64,000 bases of DNA from a virus (lineage: Duplodnaviria > Caudoviricetes): IMG/VR virus record IMGVR_UViG_3300028886_000051; one strand, 5' to 3'. A model generated the notes under the pieces. It made no database searches. It was given only the letters and a program-made list of their open reading frames with translations, and had not been told where the DNA came from. Each line of letters opens with the position of its first letter. The first letter of the stretch is position 1. The position numbers and the translations under genes are program-made. Shown here piece by piece: positions 20,839-31,548 of this stretch.

Positions 20839-21312
20839 TTATTCTGGCTTAATAGGCAATGCAAGGACTTCTGGTATTATTTTCCCTCTAATTAAATGAT
20901 TTCCACCACAATCTAAATAAGTATCTGCCATTAACTGAAATGTTTCTATTCCAGCTTTTGTAACGTATCCTTGCGATACAAATTTATCATGAAGATTATA
21001 CAATTCAGCACCATACTGGACTATAATACGTTGATTATTTTCTTTTTCTGATAAATCTAGTCTATCTTTAATATCATCTATTCCCTTGGATATTTTTGAT
21101 ATTTCTTTATATTGCCATTCATCATGATTTTCAAGAGTTTTTATTCTGTTCTCTAAAGTTTCTCTATCCTCATCAATACCTGTTTTTAATCTAAATTTCT
21201 TTTTAAAGTAATTAAATATTTCAATAATTTCCTTAATTCCAAATAGAATAGCAAAAAATAAGATAATAAATGATATATAATTAATTTTAGTTAGTTGTTC
21301 TATAGCTCCCAC
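20839..21312 (-). CDS. Holin-like membrane protein
   Basis: N-terminal transmembrane helix, coiled coil and C-terminal Y...GGNH motif. Adjacent to a second holin-like gene. Confidence 0.55.
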   Translation of the reverse strand: MGAIEQLTKINYISFIILFFAILFGIKEIIEIFNYFKKKFRLKTGIDEDRETLENRIKTLENHDEWQYKEISKISKGIDDIKDRLDLSEKENNQRIIVQYGAELYNLHDKFVSQGYVTKAGIETFQLMADTYLDCGGNHLIRGKIIPEVLALPIKPE

Positions 21313-21331
21313 TCATATATACCATCCTTTC

Positions 21332-21703
21332 TTATTCATGTTTTATGTCATATAAAGTTGTCCCAATGAGTGAGTCAAGGTAATCATCGAAATCACTATT
21401 AGCTTCTTTAAGCGATTTATATACAATAGTATTAAGAGCTTGAATTGCTTTCTGCTTTGCAATTTCTCTAACCTCTGCCTGTTTCTCAGGTGTCCAATCG
21501 GCAGTACCTTTTATATCTTTAACTTCTGTCTCATATACAGATTTAACTGCCTTTTTAACTTCTGAATAAAGAATGTCAGCATATTTGTCAAGTTTTTTAT
21601 CTTTAAGATAAGAATAGATTTTTGTTATTATTGGAACTAAAATTACTGTCCAAATAGCAGAAAGTAATGTTACCCAATCTAAGCTTTCTAAAAATTCTTT
21701 CAT
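21332..21703 (-). CDS. Holin (LL-H-like)
   Basis: One N-terminal transmembrane helix followed by V..AV.SV.E.V..IK, resembling LL-H family holins. Confidence 0.6.
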   Translation of the reverse strand: MKEFLESLDWVTLLSAIWTVILVPIITKIYSYLKDKKLDKYADILYSEVKKAVKSVYETEVKDIKGTADWTPEKQAEVREIAKQKAIQALNTIVYKSLKEANSDFDDYLDSLIGTTLYDIKHE

Positions 21704-21707
21704 AACT

Positions 21708-21887
21708 TTATTCCTCCTTGTTTTTTTTATTTTTTAACCAAGACCAATCTTGGTGTTGTCCACATTTAGGGCAAACTTTTTCTTCTGGTTCCAATTCAGT
21801 CCAACAACGATGGCATTGAGCATACCAACCATCTTCGTTAATATAAGGCTCGACCAGAGTATCCTTTGATATATTAGTCCAATCCAT
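21708..21887 (-). CDS. Small Zn-finger protein
   Basis: CHRC...CPKCGQ motif. RBS GAGGAGG. Confidence 0.6.
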   Translation of the reverse strand: MDWTNISKDTLVEPYINEDGWYAQCHRCWTELEPEEKVCPKCGQHQDWSWLKNKKNKEE

Positions 21888-22131
21888 TAACTTCCTCCTC
21901 AATTATTTCATATGTAACTAAAATTGGAATTACAACTAAATCTATGTTATATTTTCGAATACATTCATTACATATAACTTGTGCAATAGTTTTATTTACA
22001 AATTTTGTAGCTCCTACAATGTTATCAATAAAACAATACATACCATTTCGTTTAGACATAACATAATTAGTAGGATTAGACAAATCAGCGATTACAAATT
22101 TTTTTAATTCTTTTTCTTTAAATTTTTTCAT
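21874..22131 (-). CDS. Hypothetical protein
   Basis: 85-aa ORF overlapping both neighbours. Confidence 0.55.
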   Translation of the reverse strand: MKKFKEKELKKFVIADLSNPTNYVMSKRNGMYCFIDNIVGATKFVNKTIAQVICNECIRKYNIDLVVIPILVTYEIIEEEVNGLD

Positions 22132-22352
22132 TATTCTAACTCCCTATTTTTATATAATAAATAGAGATGTCGTGTTTTTTCTTTTGAAAACAACATCACA
22201 AGAATATCTTTTTTAGTTTTAATATCTTCGGTAACGTACATCTCAATTGGATAAACTTCATGTTTTATATAAAGTCTTTGTTGTTTTGGATCACGAATAC
22301 AAACATAATCTTTTAAATGATATTCTTCACCTGTAAAATTACTAATTTCCAT
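22131..22352 (-). CDS. Hypothetical protein
   Basis: 73-aa ORF in the operon. Confidence 0.6.
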   Translation of the reverse strand: MEISNFTGEEYHLKDYVCIRDPKQQRLYIKHEVYPIEMYVTEDIKTKKDILVMLFSKEKTRHLYLLYKNRELE

Positions 22353-22424
22353 ATTTTTCTTTCATTCCTTGCTTAGCGTAAAAAATAGGGAACAAGTCAG
22401 TATTATTCAAATACGGAATGTTCC

Positions 22425-22805
22425 CTAAATTAAATCACTGACCTTATTTTTAGATTTTATACTCTTTGTAGATTTATCTTTATTTTCAAAACTATTTGTT
22501 TCTATTTTTTTAGAATCTATTTTAAAATGTTTACCTTTTTCTAAAATCTCTTTAATCTGTTCCTTTGTTGCTGGAACAAAATCTTTATAATTCTTAATAT
22601 CTAATTTTGAAAGTTTATCATAAGCTTCTTCAGGCGTAACCTCATTGTCCCTATAAGCAACACATACATCATAAATATCATGACAATTAATTCCATCAAA
22701 AATAAAATACCAAGTAGGTTTATTTACATCTTCTGAATTGCAAACTGGACAAAATGTATAAGTTTTACCACAAATGATGCACTTTCTATTATTTTTCTTT
22801 CCCAT
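22425..22805 (-). CDS. Hypothetical Cys-rich protein
   Basis: CIICGKTYTFCPVC motif. Start placed at MGKKN after GGAGG. Confidence 0.65.
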   Translation of the reverse strand: MGKKNNRKCIICGKTYTFCPVCNSEDVNKPTWYFIFDGINCHDIYDVCVAYRDNEVTPEEAYDKLSKLDIKNYKDFVPATKEQIKEILEKGKHFKIDSKKIETNSFENKDKSTKSIKSKNKVSDLI

Positions 22806-22875
22806 AAATTTTAAATCCTCCAATAGAATAAGAGTAGGCTATTACACCTACTCTCATATTATTTAAGAGTAACAA

Positions 22876-23673
22876 TTACTCTTCATCATCACCACACATA
22901 ACAATTGTGTATAATTCCTTATCAGCAGAGCAGTAAGAAATCTGCATATCGCCTTTATAATCAAGTGTACCTTCTGTTGAAAGTGTAATACTTAATTCAG
23001 GTGATACCTGGAATGATGGAATAATTATATAACAAGCTCTTAAAGTATCTGGTTCACATGGATCTACAGCAAGAGCTTTAAGAGTAAGCTTAACTGTTCC
23101 TGGGAATTTGTCAGATGCGTTTGTAATCTTAACAGCATTTACAGCATTACGCTCAAATTTGATAACAAATCTATCTGCTGTAGCATCTGTTGGTAATGTT
23201 AAAGTATTACCTGATAATTTAAATGCACTAGCAGAAGCTTCAGATGAACTAAGTTCATAAGATTTTCCCATAGCACCATTATTACCAAGTGCATTTACAT
23301 GAACTGTACCTGCAACTAATGTTTCATTTGTACCATCAACTAATTCAACAGTTGTTTCACCTTTCTTGGCAATTATGATTTTTGGCATCTGAACTTTCTT
23401 AGAAGAAGTAGCAATAATTTTATCAGTACCTGATGCTGCACCAATAACATTTAAGTTAATCATTGCATTAGTAGCAGTAAAAGTACCTGCTTTACCCTGA
23501 TAAAATTTCTTAATAAGAGAACCTTCTGCTGATTTTGCTTCTTTAGATTCTGCTGTTGTTTCAATAGTTGCTTCGGATAACTGTGTTAAAGTATATAATA
23601 ATGTACCATCTGTTTTTTCAGCAACAGCCATCTGAATTCTGTCGATTACTAAATCGTCTAATGTAAAAGCCAT
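22876..23673 (-). CDS. Major tail (tube) protein
   Basis: 265 aa, rich in Ala/Thr/Ser, strong AAGGAGG RBS, highly expressed codon style. Lies after the neck genes. Confidence 0.7.
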   Translation of the reverse strand: MAFTLDDLVIDRIQMAVAEKTDGTLLYTLTQLSEATIETTAESKEAKSAEGSLIKKFYQGKAGTFTATNAMINLNVIGAASGTDKIIATSSKKVQMPKIIIAKKGETTVELVDGTNETLVAGTVHVNALGNNGAMGKSYELSSSEASASAFKLSGNTLTLPTDATADRFVIKFERNAVNAVKITNASDKFPGTVKLTLKALAVDPCEPDTLRACYIIIPSFQVSPELSITLSTEGTLDYKGDMQISYCSADKELYTIVMCGDDEE

Positions 23674-23726
23674 AAAATTTTTCCTCCTTAAAATTATTTG
23701 TTTTTTGCATATAAAAAAGACTTGAA

Positions 23727-24611
23727 TTATTCATTCAAGTCTTTAAGCCAATTTAATTCTTTAGATAAATTCATTTTTGAACTATCTAACATGCCCGAAT
23801 AAACTCCAGACATTAATGCAGTTGTATTTTCATATAATTGTAATCGTTTAACACTATCCATAAATTGAACAATGCCGACTTCCTTTAGTTCTTGAAGTTT
23901 GTATTTAAAACCAGGATGATTTACCATTGAAGAAATTAATGGTAATAAAAAAGAGGAAGTATACCCCTTATCTTTTTTCTTTTCTGCCTCTTTTTTTAAA
24001 TTCATTTCATCTTCCCAGATTATTGCTTCTTTTGTAGCTTTATTTTTTGCACGTTCAACTTTGGGATTAATATTAAACATAGTTCGAAGATATTTAATCA
24101 TCTTCATATATATTAGCTCATCAATTATTATAGGGTTTTTATAATCAAATGGTAAAACATGTCCTGTTTTATCACGAGGAATATAGACCAAAATATTGGA
24201 TTTTGTTTCTTCGTTAGGTATTACCTCAAACCATGATAGATTCAAATCGCCAAATATCAGATATGTATTTTCAGGCGTGTATCCTTTTATAATAGAAGAA
24301 AACAATGTAAAATCGGATAATTTATTCCAATCCACCCCATTTTTCCATAAATCTAATCTAAAAGTAGTAGTGTTTGCACATAAAGTATTTATCATAGAAT
24401 AAAACTTTACATCGCCAAACTTTAATATATCACCTATAGTTGGCTGTTTGATACATATTCTATCAGTAACCCAATAATCCTCACCAAAATACATTTTTAG
24501 TTCATCAAAGTCATATAAAATATCCAAAGTATTTTTATTATTTAATGAATCATTTGTATTTTCTATAACGCTGCTATATTTATTTTGTAAATCATCGAAA
24601 CTCTCAGCCAA
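23727..24611 (-). CDS. Conserved tail-region protein
   Basis: 294-aa ORF between the neck genes and the major tail gene. Confidence 0.6.
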   Translation of the reverse strand: MAESFDDLQNKYSSVIENTNDSLNNKNTLDILYDFDELKMYFGEDYWVTDRICIKQPTIGDILKFGDVKFYSMINTLCANTTTFRLDLWKNGVDWNKLSDFTLFSSIIKGYTPENTYLIFGDLNLSWFEVIPNEETKSNILVYIPRDKTGHVLPFDYKNPIIIDELIYMKMIKYLRTMFNINPKVERAKNKATKEAIIWEDEMNLKKEAEKKKDKGYTSSFLLPLISSMVNHPGFKYKLQELKEVGIVQFMDSVKRLQLYENTTALMSGVYSGMLDSSKMNLSKELNWLKDLNE

Positions 24612-24615
24612 ATAA

Positions 24616-25248
24616 TCACCTACCTAAATTATTAATAGTTCTTGAAATACCATTTCTAGTTTCGGTAATTGAATTAGGCACAGTAGCTTGGAACATAAAA
24701 GTACGAACAAGATAATTATTATCAGTTGTACTTTCCTGATCAGATATAATCATACATTGTGTTCCAAATATATTTGTCCAATTAATTTGTTCCTGAATAA
24801 TTGCAGCTAACAAATCGTGACGTGGGATACCTGTCAATTTATCCATACGATCATTACCATGAATAAATATTGTAAATTTAACTTGTATATACTTTTCAAC
24901 AGTATTATATCTTGGGGATTCGTTAAAATTTACTTGATAACATATATAATGTTTTACTTCTGTCTGAGTATCTGGGATAAATAAAAAAGGACGGATATTT
25001 GAATTACTTCCAAAATATCTATCCCATTCTCCAAGAGGTTCACCAGTTTTGGTATCCCAATTTATATTACCATCATCGTCAAACAATTCTGATTCAAGTT
25101 TTGTTTCATTAAGAGCATAAAGAAGTTCTGGACACCCCATAAGTTTTTTCTCAATTTTCTTTTTAAACCGAATAGTATCATTATCAGGTGTTTCTTTAAA
25201 TGCCCTAAGTTTATTTAGCATATCTTGTTTAGTAATCATTTCTACCAT
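24616..25248 (-). CDS. Putative tail terminator / completion protein
   Basis: Position in the neck module and size (210 aa). Confidence 0.5.
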   Translation of the reverse strand: MVEMITKQDMLNKLRAFKETPDNDTIRFKKKIEKKLMGCPELLYALNETKLESELFDDDGNINWDTKTGEPLGEWDRYFGSNSNIRPFLFIPDTQTEVKHYICYQVNFNESPRYNTVEKYIQVKFTIFIHGNDRMDKLTGIPRHDLLAAIIQEQINWTNIFGTQCMIISDQESTTDNNYLVRTFMFQATVPNSITETRNGISRTINNLGR

Positions 25249-25259
25249 ATAAACACCTC

Positions 25260-26525
25260 TTATTCAGTTATTTCAAATTGAAACTTTTCGCTATTTATAT
25301 ATCCTTGATGTTCATCAAAGATAATACATTGGATAATTAAAATCTTGCCAATAACCGAAGCGTCATTAGGAAACTTTACTTTCTTTTGGTTGTACTTTAC
25401 ACCAGCTCGCCATGTAACTTTATCAGTCCAATCTTCATCATCAATAGAGCAAGTCCATGTAAAGGTTGCATCAGCATATTCAGTTGTAATATCTTCATTG
25501 GAATCATTAAATAGATTTACTGTGAGATTTTTATAAGAGCCACCAACTTTAATTGTTGAAGTGGATGCTGAAATTCTTGCTGTGATAGAAGATGGGGGAG
25601 TGGTTGGAGTAGATGGATCAGTTGGAGCAATTTCTGAATCGAAATAGTTCGCATACATTTCGCCTGTTTCAAGATTGACATAATCAGTATGCTCGTTAAA
25701 GAAGTTAGTGTACAATGTAAGTTTTTGCAACCCAAGTGGCATTGAATTTTCAACCTTGGTCACTGTCCATACTGTAGGATGTTCTGTTAAAGCACTTACT
25801 ACAACACGCATATTTTTAGAATCTTCAGAAGTGTACCAAAACTTCTCTGTAATAGAGTTCATTGGCAACCATATCTTATCCTGATTATCAGTATGTGTAA
25901 AATATCGGTCGGTGTAAGTGCCTATAGTGTAGGAATTCTGTTGTCTTAAACAACACCACATACGTCTCTTGATGCGCTTATCATTAGATTTTTCAATCCA
26001 TGTAAGTTCGTAATTTACTGGTAAAATCAGATATTTTGGAAACTGATTTGCAGGTTCATTACGACAGACAATCCACTTATGATAAATTCCTCTATCATCT
26101 GGAACGTCCACGAAAAGCCCTATCGGAAATGTCGCTCCATAGCGTTTCCTAAAATCAGTCTCATAATAATAAAGGTCATCACCTTCATTGAATCTTACAG
26201 GCTGACTTGGACGAAACATAAGATAGTATTCTACTTGATCTTTGTCCATTGACTGATAAGATTTGACAATAAACTTTGCATCTATCTTTGTCTTATTGGT
26301 ATTTTCATAAGTCATACCTTCAGCAAGAGAACGTGTAATTCCATGTTCATCTGTAAAGAAGTCATCATGAAAATGGTCATAGATGTAACAAGTCTTTGTA
26401 GCGATGTCGTTTTCAAATGTCTGTTCCATCGCCCAATCAGACTGTTCCTTATAAATCTGACCAATAGTTTTAGCACCGTTGTTCTTGGCGTTTGCGACAC
26501 GCCTAGCTGTTTGTAGACTCGGCAT
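25260..26525 (-). CDS. Putative head-closure protein with C-terminal Ig-like domain
   Basis: 421 aa in the neck module. A Pro/Thr linker precedes IKVGGSYK..T, a beta-rich domain. Confidence 0.55.
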   Translation of the reverse strand: MPSLQTARRVANAKNNGAKTIGQIYKEQSDWAMEQTFENDIATKTCYIYDHFHDDFFTDEHGITRSLAEGMTYENTNKTKIDAKFIVKSYQSMDKDQVEYYLMFRPSQPVRFNEGDDLYYYETDFRKRYGATFPIGLFVDVPDDRGIYHKWIVCRNEPANQFPKYLILPVNYELTWIEKSNDKRIKRRMWCCLRQQNSYTIGTYTDRYFTHTDNQDKIWLPMNSITEKFWYTSEDSKNMRVVVSALTEHPTVWTVTKVENSMPLGLQKLTLYTNFFNEHTDYVNLETGEMYANYFDSEIAPTDPSTPTTPPSSITARISASTSTIKVGGSYKNLTVNLFNDSNEDITTEYADATFTWTCSIDDEDWTDKVTWRAGVKYNQKKVKFPNDASVIGKILIIQCIIFDEHQGYINSEKFQFEITE

Positions 26526-26868
26526 CGCTTACACCTCCCTCAAACATCTGCTTAATATATCCGTGAGAATCTAAGATTGCTCTGCGGAATGTTGTATAAT
26601 TAAAATGATCACTTTTTGCATTATCTAATGCAGCCTGTAATTCAGACATTAATGTTACCATTACACCGTTATCATTAAATAAGGTTTTTGTGCCACCTAA
26701 TTTAAACATAACATTCTCAAAGAAGACGAGAAACGCTTCATCGTCTTCAAATATTTTCTCTTCAATTGTCTTGTCCTTATAGAGCAGTAGTTTGTGAATA
26801 TCACCATGCATTGCACGAACTGCTTCATTGATTTGCTTGTCTGTGAAGTCGCCATATATGTATTGCAT
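26503..26868 (-). CDS. Hypothetical neck-region protein
   Basis: Start placed at MQYIY after GGAG. Confidence 0.6.
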   Translation of the reverse strand: MQYIYGDFTDKQINEAVRAMHGDIHKLLLYKDKTIEEKIFEDDEAFLVFFENVMFKLGGTKTLFNDNGVMVTLMSELQAALDNAKSDHFNYTTFRRAILDSHGYIKQMFEGGVSDAESTNS

Positions 26869-26869
26869 A

Positions 26870-27325
26870 TTAAGACTCCGTATTGATATAAGAATTGTAC
26901 ATATATCCGTAATCACGAATACGTTTATTCAATTCAGTTTTCATGGAATCCAGACGGTCAATCATATTTTTATGATTATCAAGTAGCTTCTTTTCTTCCT
27001 TGCCGCCTATCATTACTGATGTGTGCATAATAGAATCAACCTGTGGTTGTAACCACTCAATCGTCATTCCAAGTACAAGAATTCCTACGACAAAATTCAT
27101 ATCAGCCGTTTCGTCTACTGAATTATTCAGTGTAAAATCCAACTGTTGAATTTCATCATCGAGTGTGAGAGAAGAGAATAATCTACGCACTCTTGGATTA
27201 GAAATTACATTGCTTAATCGTTCTGTATATATCTCAAGCAAATCATTTTCGTCAAGAGAGAGTTCTTTCGGATCTGAAATTCGTCCTCTTGTTCGTGAAA
27301 AAATTGTTTCGTATGGAAGCGTCAT
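26870..27325 (-). CDS. Putative head-tail connector
   Basis: 151-aa helical protein two genes after the capsid gene. RBS AAAGGAGG. Confidence 0.55.
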   Translation of the reverse strand: MTLPYETIFSRTRGRISDPKELSLDENDLLEIYTERLSNVISNPRVRRLFSSLTLDDEIQQLDFTLNNSVDETADMNFVVGILVLGMTIEWLQPQVDSIMHTSVMIGGKEEKKLLDNHKNMIDRLDSMKTELNKRIRDYGYMYNSYINTES

Positions 27326-27340
27326 TGTGAGCCTCCTTTA

Positions 27341-27883
27341 CTATTCCTGAACTAATGTAAGTAACATTTTTGTACCAAAAATTTCATCAAGAGCCTTAAT
27401 TTTGTGAACTGAATCAAGTGCATGAGATTCAATCATTGTAGAAGCAATACCTTTAAGAGCTTCCTTTGCTCCCTTTGGAAGCTTTTTAATTGTTTCTGAC
27501 ATCTGAGGAACAGGAAGATTTAAAATCTCATTTAAGTCACTTGTTTCATACATGGACTCATATAAGTCTTTTACAGACTTATTCTGTTCAACAAAATCTT
27601 CATCCTCAATAATAATTCTTGGTGAATAAATGTTTACATCTTCACGAGTTCTAACGAGATAAATTAAATCTCTATATTCAACATCAACTACATCTCCACA
27701 GTCAGCCCAGCTATAAAGGATATGTGAACGTGCTCCCTCAATATAAAGTCCACCACTTACTAATGAGCGACATGGAACAGTATCTTCAGGTGAGAATGTT
27801 CTTACATCTTCTTTAACTTCTGTAGTTTTTGTTATCTTTTCTGTACTACCAGTAGTAGCAGTAGTTTTCTTTGTATATGCCAT
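27341..27883 (-). CDS. Hypothetical protein after the capsid gene
   Basis: 180-aa ORF with RBS. Confidence 0.65.
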   Translation of the reverse strand: MAYTKKTTATTGSTEKITKTTEVKEDVRTFSPEDTVPCRSLVSGGLYIEGARSHILYSWADCGDVVDVEYRDLIYLVRTREDVNIYSPRIIIEDEDFVEQNKSVKDLYESMYETSDLNEILNLPVPQMSETIKKLPKGAKEALKGIASTMIESHALDSVHKIKALDEIFGTKMLLTLVQE

Positions 27884-27955
27884 TTCCTTTCAATTCCTTT
27901 CAAAAAATAGGAGAGTGGATTGCCACTCTCCGTATAATCAATCTATAAGTAAATC

Positions 27956-29014
27956 TTACAGATCCCACTCACCATGATAACGAGTCATAAGAGTTGCAAC
28001 ACCCATACGTCTCTGTACCTCATAAGACTGCATATCATCCTTAGTAGCACCCTTTTCGTTTACTTCAAGTTCAGTCTCTCCATAGTCAACAAACTTGATA
28101 AATCTATCATCAACTGCTGGCATGATATAAAGCTTCTTGTTATCAACGATAGGAGTAGCAAGAGACTTATCAGTAAACTTCTGTGGAATCTCCATAAGAG
28201 GTGTTCCTTCGTAGCCACCGATAATACCTGTGTTTGCTACAGACTCCTTGATTGAATTAGCAGGATCAGCCCAATCAACCTTTGTAAGAGCATTAAGAGA
28301 CTTTAATGCTGTCTTAGTACCCATGATTACAACACCGCTTTCGTTAGCAGCACCAACCTTTTCGATAATTGCATCAAACTGAGCCTTTGTAGAAGCAGCT
28401 AAAGTACCAGTACCCTTGAGAGTAGCAGGAACAGGAATAAGGTTTACACCATTTGCAAACTGAGAAGAAATGAGTGTCTGAACCTTCTGGATATAAGCCT
28501 TAACAACCGCATCCACGAAAGCACCCCAATCCTTACGACCAGTTAAGAAGAGACGAATATCTCCACCAACCTTGATACCATATACTGCTGTATCAACATG
28601 ATAAGACTGACCAGAACCTAAACGCTGGATGGATAAGTCATGTGCGTCACCGCTGACCTTACTTACAGTAAGTAATACTTCATCATCAGTCCAGAACTCG
28701 TTAACATCTCCATCTTTCATGTTTTTAGACTCAACATAGTTATTGAAGAACTCATTCTCAGAAAGTCCATGAGCAATCTGAGTATCAATAATCTCTTCAA
28801 TTACCTCGAAGAACTGTGTTCCTCTCTCAGAGTTTAAAGCTCTCTTAATCTGCTTATTTGTAGAATCCTTAGTAAGTCCAAGGAAATCGAAACAAGCCTT
28901 TCTAATTGTGTCACTAGCTTCTTCCTTAGAAATTACACGATTAGAATCAGTATCATAAATTTCACGACCTGCACCGAGGTCAAACATAAGATTTTTTACA
29001 CTTGTATCTAACAT
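27956..29014 (-). CDS. Major capsid protein
   Basis: 352 aa after the portal, protease and decoration genes. Strong RBS, highly expressed codon bias, downstream hairpin. SPbeta-like head gene order. Confidence 0.8.
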   Translation of the reverse strand: MLDTSVKNLMFDLGAGREIYDTDSNRVISKEEASDTIRKACFDFLGLTKDSTNKQIKRALNSERGTQFFEVIEEIIDTQIAHGLSENEFFNNYVESKNMKDGDVNEFWTDDEVLLTVSKVSGDAHDLSIQRLGSGQSYHVDTAVYGIKVGGDIRLFLTGRKDWGAFVDAVVKAYIQKVQTLISSQFANGVNLIPVPATLKGTGTLAASTKAQFDAIIEKVGAANESGVVIMGTKTALKSLNALTKVDWADPANSIKESVANTGIIGGYEGTPLMEIPQKFTDKSLATPIVDNKKLYIMPAVDDRFIKFVDYGETELEVNEKGATKDDMQSYEVQRRMGVATLMTRYHGEWDL

Positions 29015-29039
29015 TTATTTATTTCTCCTTTCTCAAAAA

Positions 29040-29534
29040 TTAGGCTTTCTTTGTAAGCTGCATAGCGGCAGTTACACCAGAAATTGCTTTGAGTTTAACA
29101 CCGTCTTTAACAGCGATGTCACCAGAAAATCCATCTGCTGAAATTTCAACTACATCACCAACTGCGAGTTCATAAGCTCTAACTACCTGAGTAGGAGCAT
29201 TTGTATAGTTGCTTTCTTTCTTAAATGTGTTGCTATATGTCTCCTCGATCATTGGCACCTGGTATACAAACAGGGCATCTCCAGGAGTTACTACTTCTAC
29301 ATAGAAATTTCCATTATTTGCCTTACCAACGACCTTTCCTTCAAATGAAGTAGGTGCTGCTGCTTTATAAAGATCTAACTCTACGAATTCACCCTTACCA
29401 ACGAACCATCCGTTGTCTACATAAGCACTTGCTGCTTCTGCTAACTGAATGTTATAAATATGCTTTCCACCATCTCTTGCGAGAACTTTAGAAGGGAAAG
29501 CCACTGCATGTTTTGCAATAGTCATCTGAATCAT
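29040..29534 (-). CDS. Putative capsid decoration / cement protein
   Basis: 164-aa beta-rich protein between the scaffold and capsid genes. Confidence 0.55.
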   Translation of the reverse strand: MIQMTIAKHAVAFPSKVLARDGGKHIYNIQLAEAASAYVDNGWFVGKGEFVELDLYKAAAPTSFEGKVVGKANNGNFYVEVVTPGDALFVYQVPMIEETYSNTFKKESNYTNAPTQVVRAYELAVGDVVEISADGFSGDIAVKDGVKLKAISGVTAAMQLTKKA

Positions 29535-29612
29535 TTATTTTTCCTCCTTAAATTTTTGCATTAAAAAAGACACTCAAATTGAGTGTCATTACATTGATTT
29601 ATATTTCTTGTT

Positions 29613-31304
29613 TTATTTGCTAAAAAGATTTCCGTAACGGTTATCCTTCTTAGACTTGTTTACATTAGCGAATACTTTCACAGTTGATTTTTTATGAGTT
29701 TTCTCAGTAGTAGCTGCAAAAGTCTTCATATTAGAATCTGCATAGATAAGTTTTGCTTCCTTCTCTAAATCTTCGAGAGAGTAGTTATCCATATTTGTAT
29801 ACAGTTTCTCAAAATCCTTATTAATGAAATTTCCTTCTTCATCTTTTTCGGAAATAGAAGAGAAGTTTTCATTTGCGAGAATTTCCTCACGCTTTGCGTG
29901 AAGTTCATTCTTTTCTGCTGTCTCCTTAAACTCTTTAAGTGCAGCGTAGTTTGAACGCATAGACTGTAACTCTGCAAATTCACTATCTGTTAAAAGTTCA
30001 CGATGTAAATTGTATCTTTCTCCATCAAAAGCTACATTATCACCGTCTTTTGTATAGTTCTGACCGAAGATTTTATCACCATTCCAATTCTCATATGTAA
30101 AATGATCATCGTAAACAGCGTTGATAAAGTACCACTCATTATCAGCGTCTTCATATTCAGATAAAAGCTGGTAAAGTGCATATTTTGTATCTTCGTGACT
30201 GATTTCATATGTACGAACAATCTTTTCAAAAGTCTGACTTCCTCCTTCATCACCATCTGGATCAGAAGTTCCTTCGCCATCACCTTCTCCATCATTGGAA
30301 GGCTCACCAGATTCTCCGTTATCTGAATTGTCTCCATCTGAATTGTCATCATCGAACATCTCAGCGAATTTTGCTTCAAGTTCCTCATCTGACATTTCTG
30401 CATAGTCGAATGTTACATCTTCAGCAGTCTTACCATATTTGGCAAGTAACTCTTCAAATTTTGTCATTTTGTTATTTGTTCCTCCTTCCTTTGATTGTGT
30501 TTGAACAGAAGTTTGTTCTTTATTGAAATTAGAAAGTGTCTTGTTAAGATTTTCTAAGAGTTCAATCATTTTTTCATCTTTGTCAAATTTTACTGAATTG
30601 TTATTTACACTAAAATCTGCAATATCGGCACGAGAACCTTCCATGCCTTCCTGAATTTCTGTACCATCGTCATGACTTCCTAACAAAGTCGAAGCATTTA
30701 CATAAAAATCGTTTAATTCAAGATACTTCTCCTTGGCATTGTAGGAGAGTTCATCAATGAAAAGCTCGCAACTATTTTTTGAACCTTGTTTTGCACGAAT
30801 AATTTCACAAGCTTTTGTATATTCTTCACTGATATAAGCATAAGCACATACATAATCTTTATCTAAGTTATCATCATGTTCCCAAAATGCAGGTTCAGAT
30901 GAAAAAGAACCAACTTGAGATTCAATATATCTCAGTTCTTCTTTACCTTTTTCGTCTTTAACAATTTCCATCTCATGACCTTCAAAATCCCAACTGCCAT
31001 CGTCAAGCTGATGGATTGCAGCTAACACAGGTCTGTCAGCAATTGTATTCATTGCTTTCTCAGCAGCATCCTTTGATACATAACTCTTATTTCTGTTAAG
31101 TCCTGTATGAAAAATTCTGAATTTAAGACGCATCATTCCACGATGATTTTCATCTACGGTACTGTCTATCTCAAAAGTAGTAGGTACTTTTAAAGCCAAC
31201 TGATAGCCAGTATCTTTAGAACTGAATTTTGCAAATTTTTGTTCTTGGCAAAATTTTAGTAAATCATCTTCAGTTAAAATTTTCTTTTTAATAACCTTTG
31301 GCAT
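29613..31304 (-). CDS. Prohead protease / scaffold fusion
   Basis: H.GLNRNKS...S.EL protease-like N-terminus, an acidic linker and a coiled-coil scaffold. Follows the portal gene. Confidence 0.7.
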   Translation of the reverse strand: MPKVIKKKILTEDDLLKFCQEQKFAKFSSKDTGYQLALKVPTTFEIDSTVDENHRGMMRLKFRIFHTGLNRNKSYVSKDAAEKAMNTIADRPVLAAIHQLDDGSWDFEGHEMEIVKDEKGKEELRYIESQVGSFSSEPAFWEHDDNLDKDYVCAYAYISEEYTKACEIIRAKQGSKNSCELFIDELSYNAKEKYLELNDFYVNASTLLGSHDDGTEIQEGMEGSRADIADFSVNNNSVKFDKDEKMIELLENLNKTLSNFNKEQTSVQTQSKEGGTNNKMTKFEELLAKYGKTAEDVTFDYAEMSDEELEAKFAEMFDDDNSDGDNSDNGESGEPSNDGEGDGEGTSDPDGDEGGSQTFEKIVRTYEISHEDTKYALYQLLSEYEDADNEWYFINAVYDDHFTYENWNGDKIFGQNYTKDGDNVAFDGERYNLHRELLTDSEFAELQSMRSNYAALKEFKETAEKNELHAKREEILANENFSSISEKDEEGNFINKDFEKLYTNMDNYSLEDLEKEAKLIYADSNMKTFAATTEKTHKKSTVKVFANVNKSKKDNRYGNLFSK

Positions 31305-31359
31305 TATTTAACCTATTCCTCCTTTCTTTGTTGATATACCACTCAAAGTAGGGGAGTGG

Positions 31360-31533
31360 TTAGAATGTAAGCATATTGCTATACTGAATTTTATTATTTG
31401 TATTTTCAAAAATGAGAGAGTGGTTATTTACAAATGTAGCCACGTTCCCATCTTGAGATACCAGTTTAAAACCTTCTTTAAGAAGTTTTTCCTTTGTCTC
31501 CTTATCGGAGGTTTTAATAAAATTGTATTTCAT
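31360..31533 (-). CDS. Small hypothetical protein, 57 aa
   Basis: Below the track cutoff: MKYNFIKTSDKETKEKLLKEGFKLVSQDGNVATFVNNHSLIFENTNNKIQYSNMLTF*, after AAGGAGGT. Confidence 0.7.
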   Translation of the reverse strand: MKYNFIKTSDKETKEKLLKEGFKLVSQDGNVATFVNNHSLIFENTNNKIQYSNMLTF

Positions 31534-31548
31534 ATTAAGATACCTCCT